This document shows positions 49,649 to 60,505 of a stretch of DNA of 64,000 bases, one piece after another (the stretch's first letter is position 1; every line of letters begins with the position of its first letter). Source of the stretch: Minisyncoccota bacterium (lineage in GTDB: Bacteria > Patescibacteriota > Minisyncoccia > JAHIHE01 > JAGLIN01); NCBI GenBank assembly GCA_028690055.1, contig JAQVBZ010000001.1:20452-84451 (forward strand). Direction: 5' to 3'. A program made the position numbers and the translations under genes. The notes beneath the pieces are model-generated. The model saw nothing but the letters and a program-made list of their open reading frames with translations. It did not search any database and was not told the origin of the DNA.

Positions 49649-50467
49649 ATGAGTGATTCAATGCAAAACGATTTCGATGAAATTTTGCAAAAAACGCAAA
49701 GCACTCCCATGCCGGAATTAGGGGAATCTAAAAAAGAAGATCTTTCGGTTCAAAATATCAAATCGGCAGTACCAGGGATGATAGAAGATCCGAAAGAGGT
49801 GCATCAGGCGATATCTTTTGCCCGGCAGCTGCAAGCGACTCGCGCAAAAGCGTCGGAGCAGGAGAAAGAGTTTATGAAAAATCTGCAGACGATACAGGAG
49901 CAGGATCCGGCACTGATCAAGAAAATCAAATTGGTGGGTATCGGAATCGTTATTTTGCTACTCATATTTGCCACGGTGATTTATCGAAACAGCCGAGATA
50001 ATAGTGCCGCAGTGGCTCCGGCGGTAGTGCAAAAGAATAACGCCACGAATGTACAAGAAAGCGCGGCCGATAAGCTGAAGGCGTCGCAGAATGTGAACGA
50101 CAGATTACGGGTAGGAAACTTGATTAATATCGCCCAGCTGGCTGTGGTATATCATTTAGAGCAGAAAGCGGATCTTCCCGTCAGCGCTACTTACGTGAAA
50201 TTGAATGAGAATAATCCTGTTACTGAATATCTTAAAGACGCTCTGATCAGGTATGGCAATTCTACGGGGATACTGTTGGATCCCAAAGACCCCGATTTTT
50301 ATTATGCCTACATATCCGTGGACGGAAGGAGCATTGAACTGAGCGCTAGGATCGAGAACGAAGACGGAGAATATTGTGATGGCGGAGGCAGTCCTTGCAT
50401 CTATAAAAAGACGATTACGGAAGCACAGATGACGGAAATGAGCTCTGATTTGGAAAGATATAAATAA
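49649..50467 (+). CDS. Hypothetical single-TM protein with a pilin/pseudopilin-like C-terminal domain
   Basis: Central TM helix; C-terminal DPKDPDFYYAY....IELSARIEN..C....C. The pilin-like fold is an inference. Confidence 0.65.
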   Translation: MSDSMQNDFDEILQKTQSTPMPELGESKKEDLSVQNIKSAVPGMIEDPKEVHQAISFARQLQATRAKASEQEKEFMKNLQTIQEQDPALIKKIKLVGIGIVILLLIFATVIYRNSRDNSAAVAPAVVQKNNATNVQESAADKLKASQNVNDRLRVGNLINIAQLAVVYHLEQKADLPVSATYVKLNENNPVTEYLKDALIRYGNSTGILLDPKDPDFYYAYISVDGRSIELSARIENEDGEYCDGGGSPCIYKKTITEAQMTEMSSDLERYK

Positions 50468-50485
50468 TTGTTTAAGTTTAAACAT

Positions 50486-51016
50486 ATGAAATGTCCTCGA
50501 TGCGGAAAATCTCTGGATGAGATTATTGTCGGTAATTGCCGGGTAGATCGCTGCGATAAATGCGGCGGCATCTGGTTCGACAAAGATGAACTCAGCACAA
50601 TCAGAGACGAGCGCGATGGAAATCTTAGCTGGCTGGATTTTGATTTGTGGAGCGATATAAATAAATTGAAATCGGGCGGCACTTATCTTGATTGTCCCCG
50701 CGATGGCGGTCCTCTCTACAAAATCCAATACGGTTCGTCAGACGTGATGGCGGACGTCTGCTTGGAGTGCCACGGCGTGTGGCTGGAAAAGGGTGAGATG
50801 GAAAAGATTATCAAAAATCTGGAGCAGAAGATAAATAAGGAAACTCTGCCTGAATATCTCCGGGATTTGGAGTTGGAAGTCCACGGTCTTTTTCTAGAGG
50901 CTGGACACACTAAAGAAGAGCTTCGCAACATTGCGATCATTATGAAGCTTATCGCTTATCGCCTGGTAGCACAGTATCCGAAGATTACGAAGATTGTGGC
51001 GTCTCTACCTGATTAG
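50486..51016 (+). CDS. Tandem zf-TFIIB zinc-ribbon protein
   Basis: CPRC...DRCDKCGGIWFDKDEL and CPRD...DVCLECHGVWLEKGEM. Confidence 0.85.
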   Translation: MKCPRCGKSLDEIIVGNCRVDRCDKCGGIWFDKDELSTIRDERDGNLSWLDFDLWSDINKLKSGGTYLDCPRDGGPLYKIQYGSSDVMADVCLECHGVWLEKGEMEKIIKNLEQKINKETLPEYLRDLELEVHGLFLEAGHTKEELRNIAIIMKLIAYRLVAQYPKITKIVASLPD

Positions 51017-51033
51017 AAAAATAATATTCTAAT

Positions 51034-51780
51034 ATGCAAAAAAAAGATCTGGCGAATGTGTTTTTGCTTATGACGGTTTTCGTTCTGTCATTGTTTATCT
51101 ACCTCACTCCTGTCGCTGCCCCGAGCGGGTCAATAATAGAAGAGAAAGGTAAGGTTTTGGGCGAACGTATCACAACGGAAACTGACGACGCGCCTTTCTC
51201 TCTTTTTGTTGGGGGGCTTCTCAGCAAGCGCAAAGAACTTGATGATAGCAATTGTGATTTTGTCGTGTCAGAAGAGTCGTCAGAAGGTTCCATCGCCTGG
51301 GAAGGGGAGCTGATTTGGAGCGACCCCGATAATTATAAAATTTTTATGGATCAGGGTAGGAAAATCATTGCGGTCAACCAGGGAGAAATCAATGAAATCA
51401 AGGATGACGGGAGCAAAGAATACTTTGGTACCATAGATGACGACGCTAGCGGATTTTTGAAATTTTCAGAAATCAGGAATTATGTCTTTGAGGATTTCCT
51501 TGCCGAGGTGGCGGAGAATCTGACGGAAAGCAACCTGGCAGGGGAAGAAGTCATTGACGGTACCAGATATTATATTTTTCAAAGCAAGATATCCATAATC
51601 AATTCCGGCAAAGAAATCAACCGAACATTTTATGTTTCAGGGGAGGGGGTATTTCTCAAAGCGTTCATCGAGGAAAAGACGAATGACTACGAGGTTTATG
51701 ATTCATCCGGTGAGGCTGTTGCTCAGAAAGGCCATGTGAAGAACATCAATATCGAAGTAAAAAACAGGGTGTTTTTCTAA
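51034..51780 (+). CDS. Hypothetical exported acidic protein
   Basis: N-terminal hydrophobic helix followed by a GKVLGE motif; 248-aa ORF. Confidence 0.7.
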   Translation: MQKKDLANVFLLMTVFVLSLFIYLTPVAAPSGSIIEEKGKVLGERITTETDDAPFSLFVGGLLSKRKELDDSNCDFVVSEESSEGSIAWEGELIWSDPDNYKIFMDQGRKIIAVNQGEINEIKDDGSKEYFGTIDDDASGFLKFSEIRNYVFEDFLAEVAENLTESNLAGEEVIDGTRYYIFQSKISIINSGKEINRTFYVSGEGVFLKAFIEEKTNDYEVYDSSGEAVAQKGHVKNINIEVKNRVFF

Positions 51781-52052
51781 AATGATCTTCATTAAAGAAA
51801 ACTCCTGTTTTTTAGTGTTTCTAAATCTGCCATCTTATTCTGCAAATCATACCTTTTGCACCAAATTGCGTATAGACGTTATGGCTGTATTTTATAAATG
51901 AATTTTGAAGTAACAGGTTCTAACCTGCATATATTGGTGGTCAGGACAGAGATAAAGATTGTCTGTATTTACAAAATCGAACAAATAATATAGACTTACT
52001 GAGTGTTTTGAGGCTTTTGGTCTGACCGGACCTTAGGCCGTGACTATTCTTT

Positions 52053-52139
52053 GGAAGGGTGGCTGAGCGGTCGAAAGCGCACGCTTGGAAAGCGTGTGAG
52101 CCAGTAATGGTTCCGCGGGTTCGAATCCCGCCCCTTCCG
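52053..52139 (+). tRNA. tRNA-Ser(GGA)
   Basis: Acceptor GGAAGGG/CCCTTCC, anticodon arm CACGC-TTGGAAA-GCGTG, long variable arm and GGTTCGAATCC. Confidence 0.96.
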
Positions 52140-52278
52140 CATTCTGGGTGGGATGAGAAGTTTATTCCCTGGAAGGGTAAATCCCGCCTTGACCTGTACC
52201 TAATAAAATGAAAACCCCGTATAGGTGTATATGCTGTTTTTAAAGGAGTAGGGCGATTATTTAAGGATAAAAATTATC

Positions 52279-52815
52279 ATGAAAATATTTGCTGTTTACG
52301 GACGATTGAATTTGACAAAGAAACCGGAATGGTTTGAGGCTTTTCGCGCCAAATATGGAACTATATTTGAATACCACGTAACACTCAAACAGTCGTGTTT
52401 TATTGAAGAGCCACAGATTCCAGATCTCAAGAAAAAACTGAATGATATCTTCGAAAACTTCGCCGTGCCTGGACACAAAATTGATATGATTTTCGATGAA
52501 TTGTATTCAGAGAAAGATGCGATAATGGTCCGTACGAAAGAGACCAGACCAATAATAGATCTACAGAAACAGATAAGAGATACCCTGAAAGATTATGACC
52601 GGTATGTGGCACCAGAACTTAAAACTTACGAATACAATTTTCATCCGCACGTTTCAATCGTCATAGATCTAACGCCGGAACAGTACGCGGCGGCAAACAG
52701 GGAACTGAAATCCGATTATCGTTGCGAAGGAATCATTGAGGAGATTGTTTTGGTGGTTGCGGAACATGCTAGGAAACCAGTAGATCTCGAAAACCAGATG
52801 ATTTATCATTTATAA
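52279..52815 (+). CDS. 2H phosphoesterase (2'-5' RNA ligase family)
   Basis: Two HxT/S motifs: YHVTL and PHVSI. Confidence 0.88.
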   Translation: MKIFAVYGRLNLTKKPEWFEAFRAKYGTIFEYHVTLKQSCFIEEPQIPDLKKKLNDIFENFAVPGHKIDMIFDELYSEKDAIMVRTKETRPIIDLQKQIRDTLKDYDRYVAPELKTYEYNFHPHVSIVIDLTPEQYAAANRELKSDYRCEGIIEEIVLVVAEHARKPVDLENQMIYHL

Positions 52816-52908
52816 AAATCTGGGTAAGGATTTGATGGTCATTGTATAATGATTAATCCTTAGCTTTCCAATCTGAATTAGCAGCTTTGATTATTTCTTT
52901 CCGTATTC

Positions 52909-53172
52909 GGTACGCAGTAGTGCACTTATTGCGCGACCCATCCTATTGTCATTCCGAAATGAGCGGAGCGATTGAGGAATCTGGGAATAATACTAAGCGC
53001 TTATAACATTTCATATAAACATATCACTAGAAGATTCTTCCGCATTTCCCAGATCCCTCAGTCGAGTACGATTTTCGGGATGACAAAGTTATATATGTTA
53101 TTGTGATTGTAGAGACGTCGATTTATCGCGTATTTTTTTGACAAAGAAATCTACACTTGCCGTATAGATTTT
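52909..53172. repeat. ~265-bp composite repeat (family A doublet 52947-53085 plus family D GTAG REP 53109-53133 and conserved flanks)
   Basis: Direct copy of 54061-54332 and 58626-58854. Confidence 0.88.
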
Positions 53173-53262
53173 TTATTTTGCTTTCTAACTTGGTAGAAAT
53201 ATGATATAGCCATTTTTATCCGGCAGATTAGAAAATGAAAGAATTGGAAAAATATAAAATAT

Positions 53263-53556
53263 TTAATTTTCTCCAATGTTTTCATTTGTAATTTCGATTG
53301 CCTTTCCTTCAATTAGGGCTATGGAAATTTTTTTATAGGCAGACGAAAGAATTCTTTGAAAAGTGCTCTGCGATGTATTCATTTTTTTAGCACATTCTGT
53401 TTGCTCTAGATCTTTGATATTTCTAAGTCTCAAAGCTTCAATTTCTTCAAGCGTCAGTTTGATTACTTCCAAAGATCTCATCGGCACGCCTTGAGGTTTG
53501 AAATAGGTTATCTCCGGATTGAATCCTATTTTTCGACAAAGTCTCGGTCTTGGCAT
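53263..53556 (-). CDS. DUF134 family DNA-binding protein
   Basis: MPRPRLCRKI...YFKPQG...EEIEALRL....LEQTECAKKM..SQSTFQRILSSA. Confidence 0.92.
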   Translation of the reverse strand: MPRPRLCRKIGFNPEITYFKPQGVPMRSLEVIKLTLEEIEALRLRNIKDLEQTECAKKMNTSQSTFQRILSSAYKKISIALIEGKAIEITNENIGEN

Positions 53557-53647
53557 AAATCTAATCCTTTCTGTATCTTATGATAAACTGATTGATTAAT
53601 GAAAGCTATCCGGCCTCTTTATTGCGAAGAGGCCGGATTTAGCTTCT

Positions 53648-53890
53648 TTACTTTTGCTGGGATTGTAAGGCTGATTTTTCTTCTTTAATCGCCGCTAACT
53701 CTTCTTCGAGCATTTTTTCTTCGTTTTCCAGAGCGGAGAGTTCGTTTTTGGGAGAAATGAATCTCCTGCGACCGAAACCGCGTCCACTACAACAACCTCG
53801 TCCCATTCCAAAACCGGCACCGCAAGAACCCATTCCTCGTCCGGTTCCAGCACCTTGACCCGTAGGGCCTGTTCCATTTAATTCTGGCAT
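53648..53890 (-). CDS. DUF5320 family Gly-rich protein
   Basis: SD AGGAGG; MPELNGTGPTGQGAGTGRGMGSCG plus a C-terminal coiled coil; next to DUF134. Confidence 0.85.
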   Translation of the reverse strand: MPELNGTGPTGQGAGTGRGMGSCGAGFGMGRGCCSGRGFGRRRFISPKNELSALENEEKMLEEELAAIKEEKSALQSQQK

Positions 53891-54060
53891 AATATTCTCA
53901 CCTCCTTTCTTGATTTCAATAAACATTCCGACCTTTGTGTCACCATCTATATTGAATATATATTCATAATGACTTTTCGTCAAGTTTTCTGATCGAATAT
54001 AAAACTGAATGAAAAATGTCGCCAAGGAAAAAGTAATCGTTCAATCTGAAGGGGGGGGCA

Positions 54061-54332
54061 GGTACGCAGTAGCGCGCCTACAACGTGACACAGCCTCCCC
54101 TATATGTCATTCCGAAATGAGCTACTGCGACCCCGGAATCTGGGAATAATGCTATGCGCTTATAATATTTTATATAAATATAACGCCAGAAGATTTTCCC
54201 GCATTCCCCAGATCCCTCAGTCGAGTACGACTTTCGGGATGACAAGGTTGCGTTATGTCTCAGGAGTTGTAGAGACGCCGATTCATCGCATCTTTCTTGG
54301 TAAAGGAATCTATACTCCCTGTATGGATTTTT
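54061..54332. repeat. Composite repeat (family A 54105-54244 plus family D at 54269)
   Basis: ggtacgcagtag...tgtcattccgaaatgagc...cgggatgaca...gtagagacgccgattcatcgc. Confidence 0.88.
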
Positions 54333-54397
54333 GTTCTGCGCCGTGATAGTATGAAGTATGAAATGCCTTACTATTATTACAAGGTGGCGATAATGGT

Positions 54398-54529
54398 TGT
54401 CATTGCGACGACGCGGCAATCCCGAGGCTATGCGAAACAACCCGTATGTAACTACTGGTGAAATATAGTAACAGGATTGCCACGTCGGAAAGGGCACAAG
54501 ATATTGTGCCCCTACAGTTCGCAATGACA
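54398..54529. repeat. Family G nested palindromic element
   Basis: tgtcattgcga...gcggcaatccc...ggattgccacgtcgga-agggcacaagatattgtgcccctaca-..tcgcaatgaca. Confidence 0.8.
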
Positions 54530-54579
54530 AGTCGTATATCGTTTGCTATCCATAAATGTAATCATAAAAAATAAAACTG

Positions 54580-56313
54580 ATGCAACAAATCATAAAATAT
54601 TTCAAACCATATCTGCTGTGGCTTCTTGTCCTCATCTTTTTTGTGGGCGGGCAGAGTTATGTCAACCTGACCTTGCCGGATTATACCGCGCGGATCGTTA
54701 ACGAGGGGGTAAGCAAGCAGAACTTGGGTATCATTTACTCTGTGGGTGCGGAGATGCTGCTTATCACTTTGCTTGGCGGACTTTTTACTGTGGCCGCTGG
54801 TTTTTTGGCGGCCAAGATTTCCACCGGTTATGCGAGGCGACTACGTGAGGCTACCTTCACCAAAGTGGAAAGTTTCTCGCTGGATGAATTCAATGATTTT
54901 TCTTCTTCGTCGCTGATTACACGCGCGACCAATGATGTCCAACAGTTGCAAAATGTGCTGGGGATGCTGATGCGTATGACTTTTATGGCGCCCTTGATGG
55001 GGGTGGGAGCTATCATCAAGGCCAACCAACTGGCGCCGAGTATGTCTTGGATAATGTTTTGTGCCATAGGTTTTTTGATTGCAGTATTGTTGGTTCTTTT
55101 TATTCTGGCTATCCCGAAATTTACTGTTATTCAGAAGCTGGTAGATAAGCTGGGTTTGGAAGTTCGTGAGATGTTGGTGGGGGTGCGGGTAATCCGCGCT
55201 TATGACAAGGATGCCTCGGTGCAGAAGAAATTTTCCGAAGCCAATCAGGAATCTACCCGTTTGAACATATTCGTGGCAAGACTGATTTCGATCGTATCGC
55301 CGGTGATGACGCTGCTGATGGGGCTTACGGGCGTGGCAGTGGTCTGGGTAGGCGCTTATCTCGTCGATGGCGGGACGCTTGATATCGGTCACATCGTGGC
55401 TTTGATGCAATATATTTCTCAGGCTATCTTTTCTTTCTTTATGCTGTCTATCGTCTTTATCATGATTCCGCGTGCGGCGGTATCGGTCCGGCGTATCAGC
55501 GAGATATTGGAGGTTAAGTCTCGCATCAAGGATCCGGAAACTTCGGAGCATCTGCATGACACTGTCCGGGGCAAAGTGGAATTTCGAGATGTGAGTTTCA
55601 GTTATGAAGGTTCGGAACAGCCGATATTGAATGATATTTCTTTTATTGCCAAGCCCGGCGAAACTACCGCTATCGTGGGTGGCACGGGATCGGGCAAGTC
55701 GACGCTTCTCAATTTGATTCCACGACTCTATGATGTCACGGTGGGGTCGATCACTCTGGACGGTGTTGATATCCGTCATATTACACAGCACGAACTCCGC
55801 AAACATATCGGATACATTCCGCAAAAATCCTCACTTTTTTCTGGGACGGTAAAAAGCAATATCGCATACGGAGCGGGAAAAGTGAAGAAAGGAGAAATAG
55901 AGAAAGCGGCCGCCATCGCCCAAGCGACGGAATTTATCGGAGAGCTTCCGGAGGGTTTTGAGAGTCCTATCGCTCAGGGAGGCACCAATCTTTCCGGCGG
56001 ACAGAAGCAGCGACTCTCCATTGCCCGAGCGCTTGCCAAAAAATCCCCAGTCATCCTCTTTGACGACAGCTTTTCGGCACTCGACTACAAGACGGATGCG
56101 GCATTGCGCCGTGCACTGCAGAAAGAATTGAAGGAGTCAACCATTATTATCGTAGCGCAGCGGATCAGTACTATTATGCACGCTGACAATATTATCGTTC
56201 TTGATAATGGTAAAATTGTGGGGCAGGGCAAACACGAGGAACTTCTCAAATCGTGTCCGGTTTATCAGGAAATAGCCGCCTCGCAATTATCGGCGGAAGA
56301 ATTAGGAAAATAG
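54580..56313 (+). CDS. Heterodimeric multidrug-type ABC exporter, subunit 1 (TMD+NBD)
   Basis: Six TM helices, GGTGSGKST, LSGGQKQR and a degenerate Walker B FDDSFSALD. Confidence 0.95.
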   Translation: MQQIIKYFKPYLLWLLVLIFFVGGQSYVNLTLPDYTARIVNEGVSKQNLGIIYSVGAEMLLITLLGGLFTVAAGFLAAKISTGYARRLREATFTKVESFSLDEFNDFSSSSLITRATNDVQQLQNVLGMLMRMTFMAPLMGVGAIIKANQLAPSMSWIMFCAIGFLIAVLLVLFILAIPKFTVIQKLVDKLGLEVREMLVGVRVIRAYDKDASVQKKFSEANQESTRLNIFVARLISIVSPVMTLLMGLTGVAVVWVGAYLVDGGTLDIGHIVALMQYISQAIFSFFMLSIVFIMIPRAAVSVRRISEILEVKSRIKDPETSEHLHDTVRGKVEFRDVSFSYEGSEQPILNDISFIAKPGETTAIVGGTGSGKSTLLNLIPRLYDVTVGSITLDGVDIRHITQHELRKHIGYIPQKSSLFSGTVKSNIAYGAGKVKKGEIEKAAAIAQATEFIGELPEGFESPIAQGGTNLSGGQKQRLSIARALAKKSPVILFDDSFSALDYKTDAALRRALQKELKESTIIIVAQRISTIMHADNIIVLDNGKIVGQGKHEELLKSCPVYQEIAASQLSAEELGK

Positions 56314-56574
56314 ATATATGAATATTCATCTCGAATCAAGCAAAATAAATTTTTGTGAATTCTTTCCCCTGAAGATGTTCTTTCGTCTTTGCTATTCCGG
56401 ACGAATGTGAGGAAGCTCCTCATTACATTAAAGTTATATGATGCGGGTTTGTTTCGGCAATGAAGGGATCCTTCGGCTCCGCGCAGGATTACAAATCGAG
56501 GGTCCTATGGCAGAAGGGGGGTCGGGTGATCTTGATAGAGTTAAAGAGAGTGTTAAATCGATTCAAATAAAATT

Positions 56575-58419
56575 ATGGATAACGATAAGAAGAAAAAAAT
56601 ACAAGGATTTCGTGGCGGTTCTCCGGGAAGCATCGGAGTCGGCCCGGTATCCAAAGCGAAAGATTTTAAGAAAACCTCGCGCGCTTTTATCAGCTATCTG
56701 AAACCGTACTGGGGAAGTTTTATTTTGGTGCTGGTTTTGGCGATTTTGAGTACACTCTTTTCTTTGCTAGGGCCGAAAATTCTCGGGGATATGACGGACA
56801 TCGTCACTCGTGGAATCTTTGGCGCGGAAGGGGGAATTGATTTCGATGCGATTGCTCGCACAGGCTATCTTTTGGTGGGCTTATATGCCTTAAGTGCCAT
56901 CTTCGGATATATGCAAGGTTGGATAATGGCGGGAGTTTCACAGAAGATCACTTACGCCTTCCGGCGCGATATCTCTCACAAGATTTCGAAATTGCCCCTC
57001 AGCTATTTTGATCGGCACGAGAAAGGTGACATTATCAGCCGGGTAACGAACGATGTGGAAGCCGTCAGCCAGAATCTCAATCAGAGTTTGGTGCAAGTCG
57101 TCACTTCAGTAGTGTCCCTTGTCGGTATTTTGGTTATGATGATTTCCATCAGTGTCCCGATGACATTAATCGCGCTTTTGATATTGCCGGCGAGTATGAT
57201 ATTTATCCGTTTGGTCATGAAGAAATCCCAGCGTTTTTATCAGCGTCAACAAAGTTCTTTGGGAGAGATGGATGGTCATATCGAAGAGATGTTTTCCAAT
57301 CACGCTATCGTCAAAGCTTACAACGGCGAAAAGGATTCTGTCCGTCGTTTTAGTGGTATCAACGAGCAGCTCTACGATAGCGGTTGGAAAGCGCAATTCA
57401 TGTCGGGGCTTATGATGCCCGTAATGCACTTCATCAGCAATCTTGGCTATGTCGCTGTGACATTGGTGGGAGGCTATCTCGCCATACAAGGAAGGGTGAC
57501 TATCGGTGGCATCCAGGCATTTCTCCAATATATGAATCAATTCACCCAGCCCATCAGTCAGGCCGCGAACATCGCCAATGTTTTTCAGTCGACCATCGCG
57601 GCAGTGGAACGGATATTCGAATTCATTGATGAGCCGGAAGAAAGGATGGAAAAAAATACTTTGCCCGCGCCAAAAACTATTGCTGGTCGGGTGGAATTCA
57701 AGGATGTCTTTTTCGGTTATGATCCGCAAAAGCCGGTCATCCATGATTTTAGCGCGAGCATCGAACCGAAGCGCAATGTGGCTATCGTCGGTCCGACGGG
57801 GGCAGGCAAGACGACTCTCGTCAATCTTCTGATGCGCTTCTATGATATCGACCGCGGCACTATCACTGTCGACGGAGTGGATATCGCCAAGATGAAACGC
57901 CAAGATGTGCGACGTATGTTCGGTATGGTGCTTCAAGATACGTGGCTCTTCAGCGGTACGATAGCGGAGAATATCGCTTTCGGAAAACCTGATGCTACGC
58001 GCGAGGAAATCATCGCCGCAGCCGAGAAAGCTCACGTCGATCATTTCATCCGTACGCTATCGCTGGGTTACGACACAGTTATCGCCGATTCAATCGATAA
58101 TATTTCCGCCGGTGAAAAACAGCTTCTAACTATTGCCCGTGCCGTCTTGGCTGATGCGCCTATGCTCATCTTAGACGAGGCGACCAGCTCGGTCGATACC
58201 CGCACCGAGAGCCTCATCCAATCCGCGATGGAAAAGCTCACTCATGACCGTACCAGTTTCGTCATCGCGCACCGCCTCTCGACCATCAAGAACGCAGATT
58301 TGATTCTAGTGATGAAAAGCGGAAACATTATCGAGCAGGGGAAACATCAGGAGCTTTTGGAAAAAGGAGGTTTCTATGCAGTGCTTTATAACAGTCAGTT
58401 TGTTGGAGCGAGGGGTTAA
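56575..58419 (+). CDS. Heterodimeric multidrug-type ABC exporter, subunit 2 (TMD+NBD)
   Basis: GPTGAGKTT, ISAGEKQ, LDEATSSVD and IAHRLST. Confidence 0.95.
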   Translation: MDNDKKKKIQGFRGGSPGSIGVGPVSKAKDFKKTSRAFISYLKPYWGSFILVLVLAILSTLFSLLGPKILGDMTDIVTRGIFGAEGGIDFDAIARTGYLLVGLYALSAIFGYMQGWIMAGVSQKITYAFRRDISHKISKLPLSYFDRHEKGDIISRVTNDVEAVSQNLNQSLVQVVTSVVSLVGILVMMISISVPMTLIALLILPASMIFIRLVMKKSQRFYQRQQSSLGEMDGHIEEMFSNHAIVKAYNGEKDSVRRFSGINEQLYDSGWKAQFMSGLMMPVMHFISNLGYVAVTLVGGYLAIQGRVTIGGIQAFLQYMNQFTQPISQAANIANVFQSTIAAVERIFEFIDEPEERMEKNTLPAPKTIAGRVEFKDVFFGYDPQKPVIHDFSASIEPKRNVAIVGPTGAGKTTLVNLLMRFYDIDRGTITVDGVDIAKMKRQDVRRMFGMVLQDTWLFSGTIAENIAFGKPDATREEIIAAAEKAHVDHFIRTLSLGYDTVIADSIDNISAGEKQLLTIARAVLADAPMLILDEATSSVDTRTESLIQSAMEKLTHDRTSFVIAHRLSTIKNADLILVMKSGNIIEQGKHQELLEKGGFYAVLYNSQFVGARG

Positions 58420-58436
58420 CTCGGAAGCGGGCGTGT

Positions 58437-58537
58437 GGAGTAGCGGGATTCATCCCGCGCTGCTGTCCCACTCGAAAAATATGTCGTATACGTTCTGCCT
58501 GCGTTGGACAATCGCGCAGGCTAAAGTCTGCTACTCC
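58437..58537. repeat. Family B REP doublet
   Basis: ggagtagcgggattcatcccgcgc...gcgcaggctaaagtctgctactcc. Confidence 0.9.
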
Positions 58538-58625
58538 ATGTGAGGTATCGTGTGAGTAAATTTATATTTGTAATTTTACGATGATTGGCGCAATCCCGTC
58601 ATTATATTTTCACCCTCCTCAATTT

Positions 58626-58854
58626 TGTCATTCCGAAATGAGCTACTGCGATTGAGGAATCTGGGAACAATATTATACAATGGCAGAATTACTTTTATAA
58701 ATATAACGTCAGAAGCTTCTTCCGCATTTCCCAGATCCCTCAGTAGAGTACAACTTTCGGGATGACAAGGTAATATTATGCCGCAGGAATTGTAGAGACG
58801 CTGATTTATCGCATTTTTTTTGGCGAAGTAATCCATACTTTTGTGTGGATTTTT
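58626..58854. repeat. Composite repeat (family A 58626-58767 plus family D at 58792)
   Basis: Same order and orientation as the 52909 and 54061 copies. Confidence 0.88.
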
Positions 58855-58923
58855 GTTTGGCGGTATACTAAGAATAGGCGATAAGTTTATATCCGACAGG
58901 AAAGTATATGTCCGATTATCTAT

Positions 58924-59084
58924 TGTCATTCTGAGCGGAGCAGCGCGGAGTCGAAGAATCCCTTCATCACCACCTGTCCCATCTCATACAGTTTTATTAT
59001 AATGAAGCGATTCCTCGACAGGCTCGGAATGACAAAGTTTATGCCATCTCGTAGGACCCGTAGAGAAGCCGATTTATCGCGTCT
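58924..59084. repeat. TGTCAT-type doublet (tgtcattctgagcg...cggaatgaca) followed by a family D REP
   Basis: Palindromic arms with gaagaatcccttcat/atgaagcgattcctc; a degenerate inverted copy lies at ~56391-56493. Confidence 0.7.
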
Positions 59085-59219
59085 TTCTTTGACAGCGGCC
59101 ATAAACTTGGATGTTTTTTGATGAGGTCGTATAATTGTTATTATGAATATAGTGATACTGTCTCGCGGATGAAACAGACAATATTATTGCATATTATCCT
59201 AAAATTTTAAAATAATCAT

Positions 59220-60437
59220 ATGTCTTCAGTGCGTAAGAATATAATCAGGACATTCTTTTATATCGGTCTATTTTTTATTGTCATAGGTAATGTCTTCGGT
59301 TCGAAAGATTATCTCTTGCAGCAAATAGAACATGTCGTTTCAACCTCAAATGAAATATCCGACGTAGATTTTCCGAGCCAGCTGGAAAATCCTAAAACTG
59401 TAGATTTCCAGTGGTCCTACAGGGGCAAAGAATACTCTATCAAGGAAACATTTTACGGAAACATTGACGCATATTACAAAGAACATCCGGTCAAGGCTCT
59501 TTACGAAGGAAGAGCGGAAGATGAATATTACGAAAATTTTGCTCTCAACCTTGAACATGAAGAAGATCCGACTATAAATGATGTAGTAAACGATATAAAG
59601 TCAGAGGGGGTAAAAAATAATCTTTCAGAAGAAGAAATCTTGGAGCTGGTAATATCCTTCGTGCAAGATATTCCATATGATGATGCAAAATATGATCTGA
59701 TTGAAAGTGCGAGCGGTAATGTTGAAGAATCTTGGACCAGGTTTCCATATGAAGTCCTATATGACAATACCGGTATTTGTACCGATAAATCTATGCTTAC
59801 CGTGGCCCTGGTTGAAAAGTTGAATTATGGGACGGCGTTATTCGGTTTTGACAAAAAAGAGCATATGGTCCCGGCCATACAATGTACACAGGAATATTCG
59901 TCTTATTATTCGGGGTATTGTTATACGGAAGTTACGAACGTCGGATTTAAAATCGGCGATTCAACCGCTGGCGATATTGAAGGCGGCAAGGCTGTCGCAA
60001 AATCCTCTATAGTATACACGGGAGGTAATCAGTTATTGGTACCCGATGCGGTTACGCCTGAAGACTTAAGCATCTATGGTAAAAGGAGTGGGGTAATATA
60101 TGATGGCGTGATTGAAACCGTCGACACTATGCACAAGATAACTGAATTGGAAAATCAGCTGCATTTTATGAGTTTGGATGTGGAAAATGCAAAAAAGGAT
60201 TATCTGGAATTCGTGGTAACTGTGGAGGATTATAAAAAACAGGCGGATGATGCATACAATAGGCATCTGATTAAAAAGGACGCTTCATCCTATAACAGCT
60301 ACCTAGCTTTGCATAAGCAGTACGGTGTTGCATATTCTCAATATGAAGGTAAGGTAAAAATATATAACGACAGGGTCAACGAATACAACAACTTGGCGAA
60401 TGAGTATAATAGTTTAATCAAATCTTTTTATAATTGA
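59220..60437 (+). CDS. Membrane-anchored transglutaminase-like/cysteine-protease-fold protein with C-terminal coiled coil
   Basis: SFVQDIPYD, RFPYEVLYDNTGICTDKS (G.C.D), EHM and YTEVT. Confidence 0.75.
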   Translation: MSSVRKNIIRTFFYIGLFFIVIGNVFGSKDYLLQQIEHVVSTSNEISDVDFPSQLENPKTVDFQWSYRGKEYSIKETFYGNIDAYYKEHPVKALYEGRAEDEYYENFALNLEHEEDPTINDVVNDIKSEGVKNNLSEEEILELVISFVQDIPYDDAKYDLIESASGNVEESWTRFPYEVLYDNTGICTDKSMLTVALVEKLNYGTALFGFDKKEHMVPAIQCTQEYSSYYSGYCYTEVTNVGFKIGDSTAGDIEGGKAVAKSSIVYTGGNQLLVPDAVTPEDLSIYGKRSGVIYDGVIETVDTMHKITELENQLHFMSLDVENAKKDYLEFVVTVEDYKKQADDAYNRHLIKKDASSYNSYLALHKQYGVAYSQYEGKVKIYNDRVNEYNNLANEYNSLIKSFYN

Positions 60438-60505
60438 TATGATCGTGCAGCTTGTTGCGCAAGCGATTGTTGTACACTCCTTATTCCACGGTAATATCTT
60501 TACAT

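Noticed and set aside
54078-54530. ORFs crossing REP blocks (54078-54530, 58576-58929, 60556-60750, 27341-27547, 10968-11279) that share peptide motifs
   Set aside because: The similarity comes from the DNA repeat itself; frames and lengths differ between copies.
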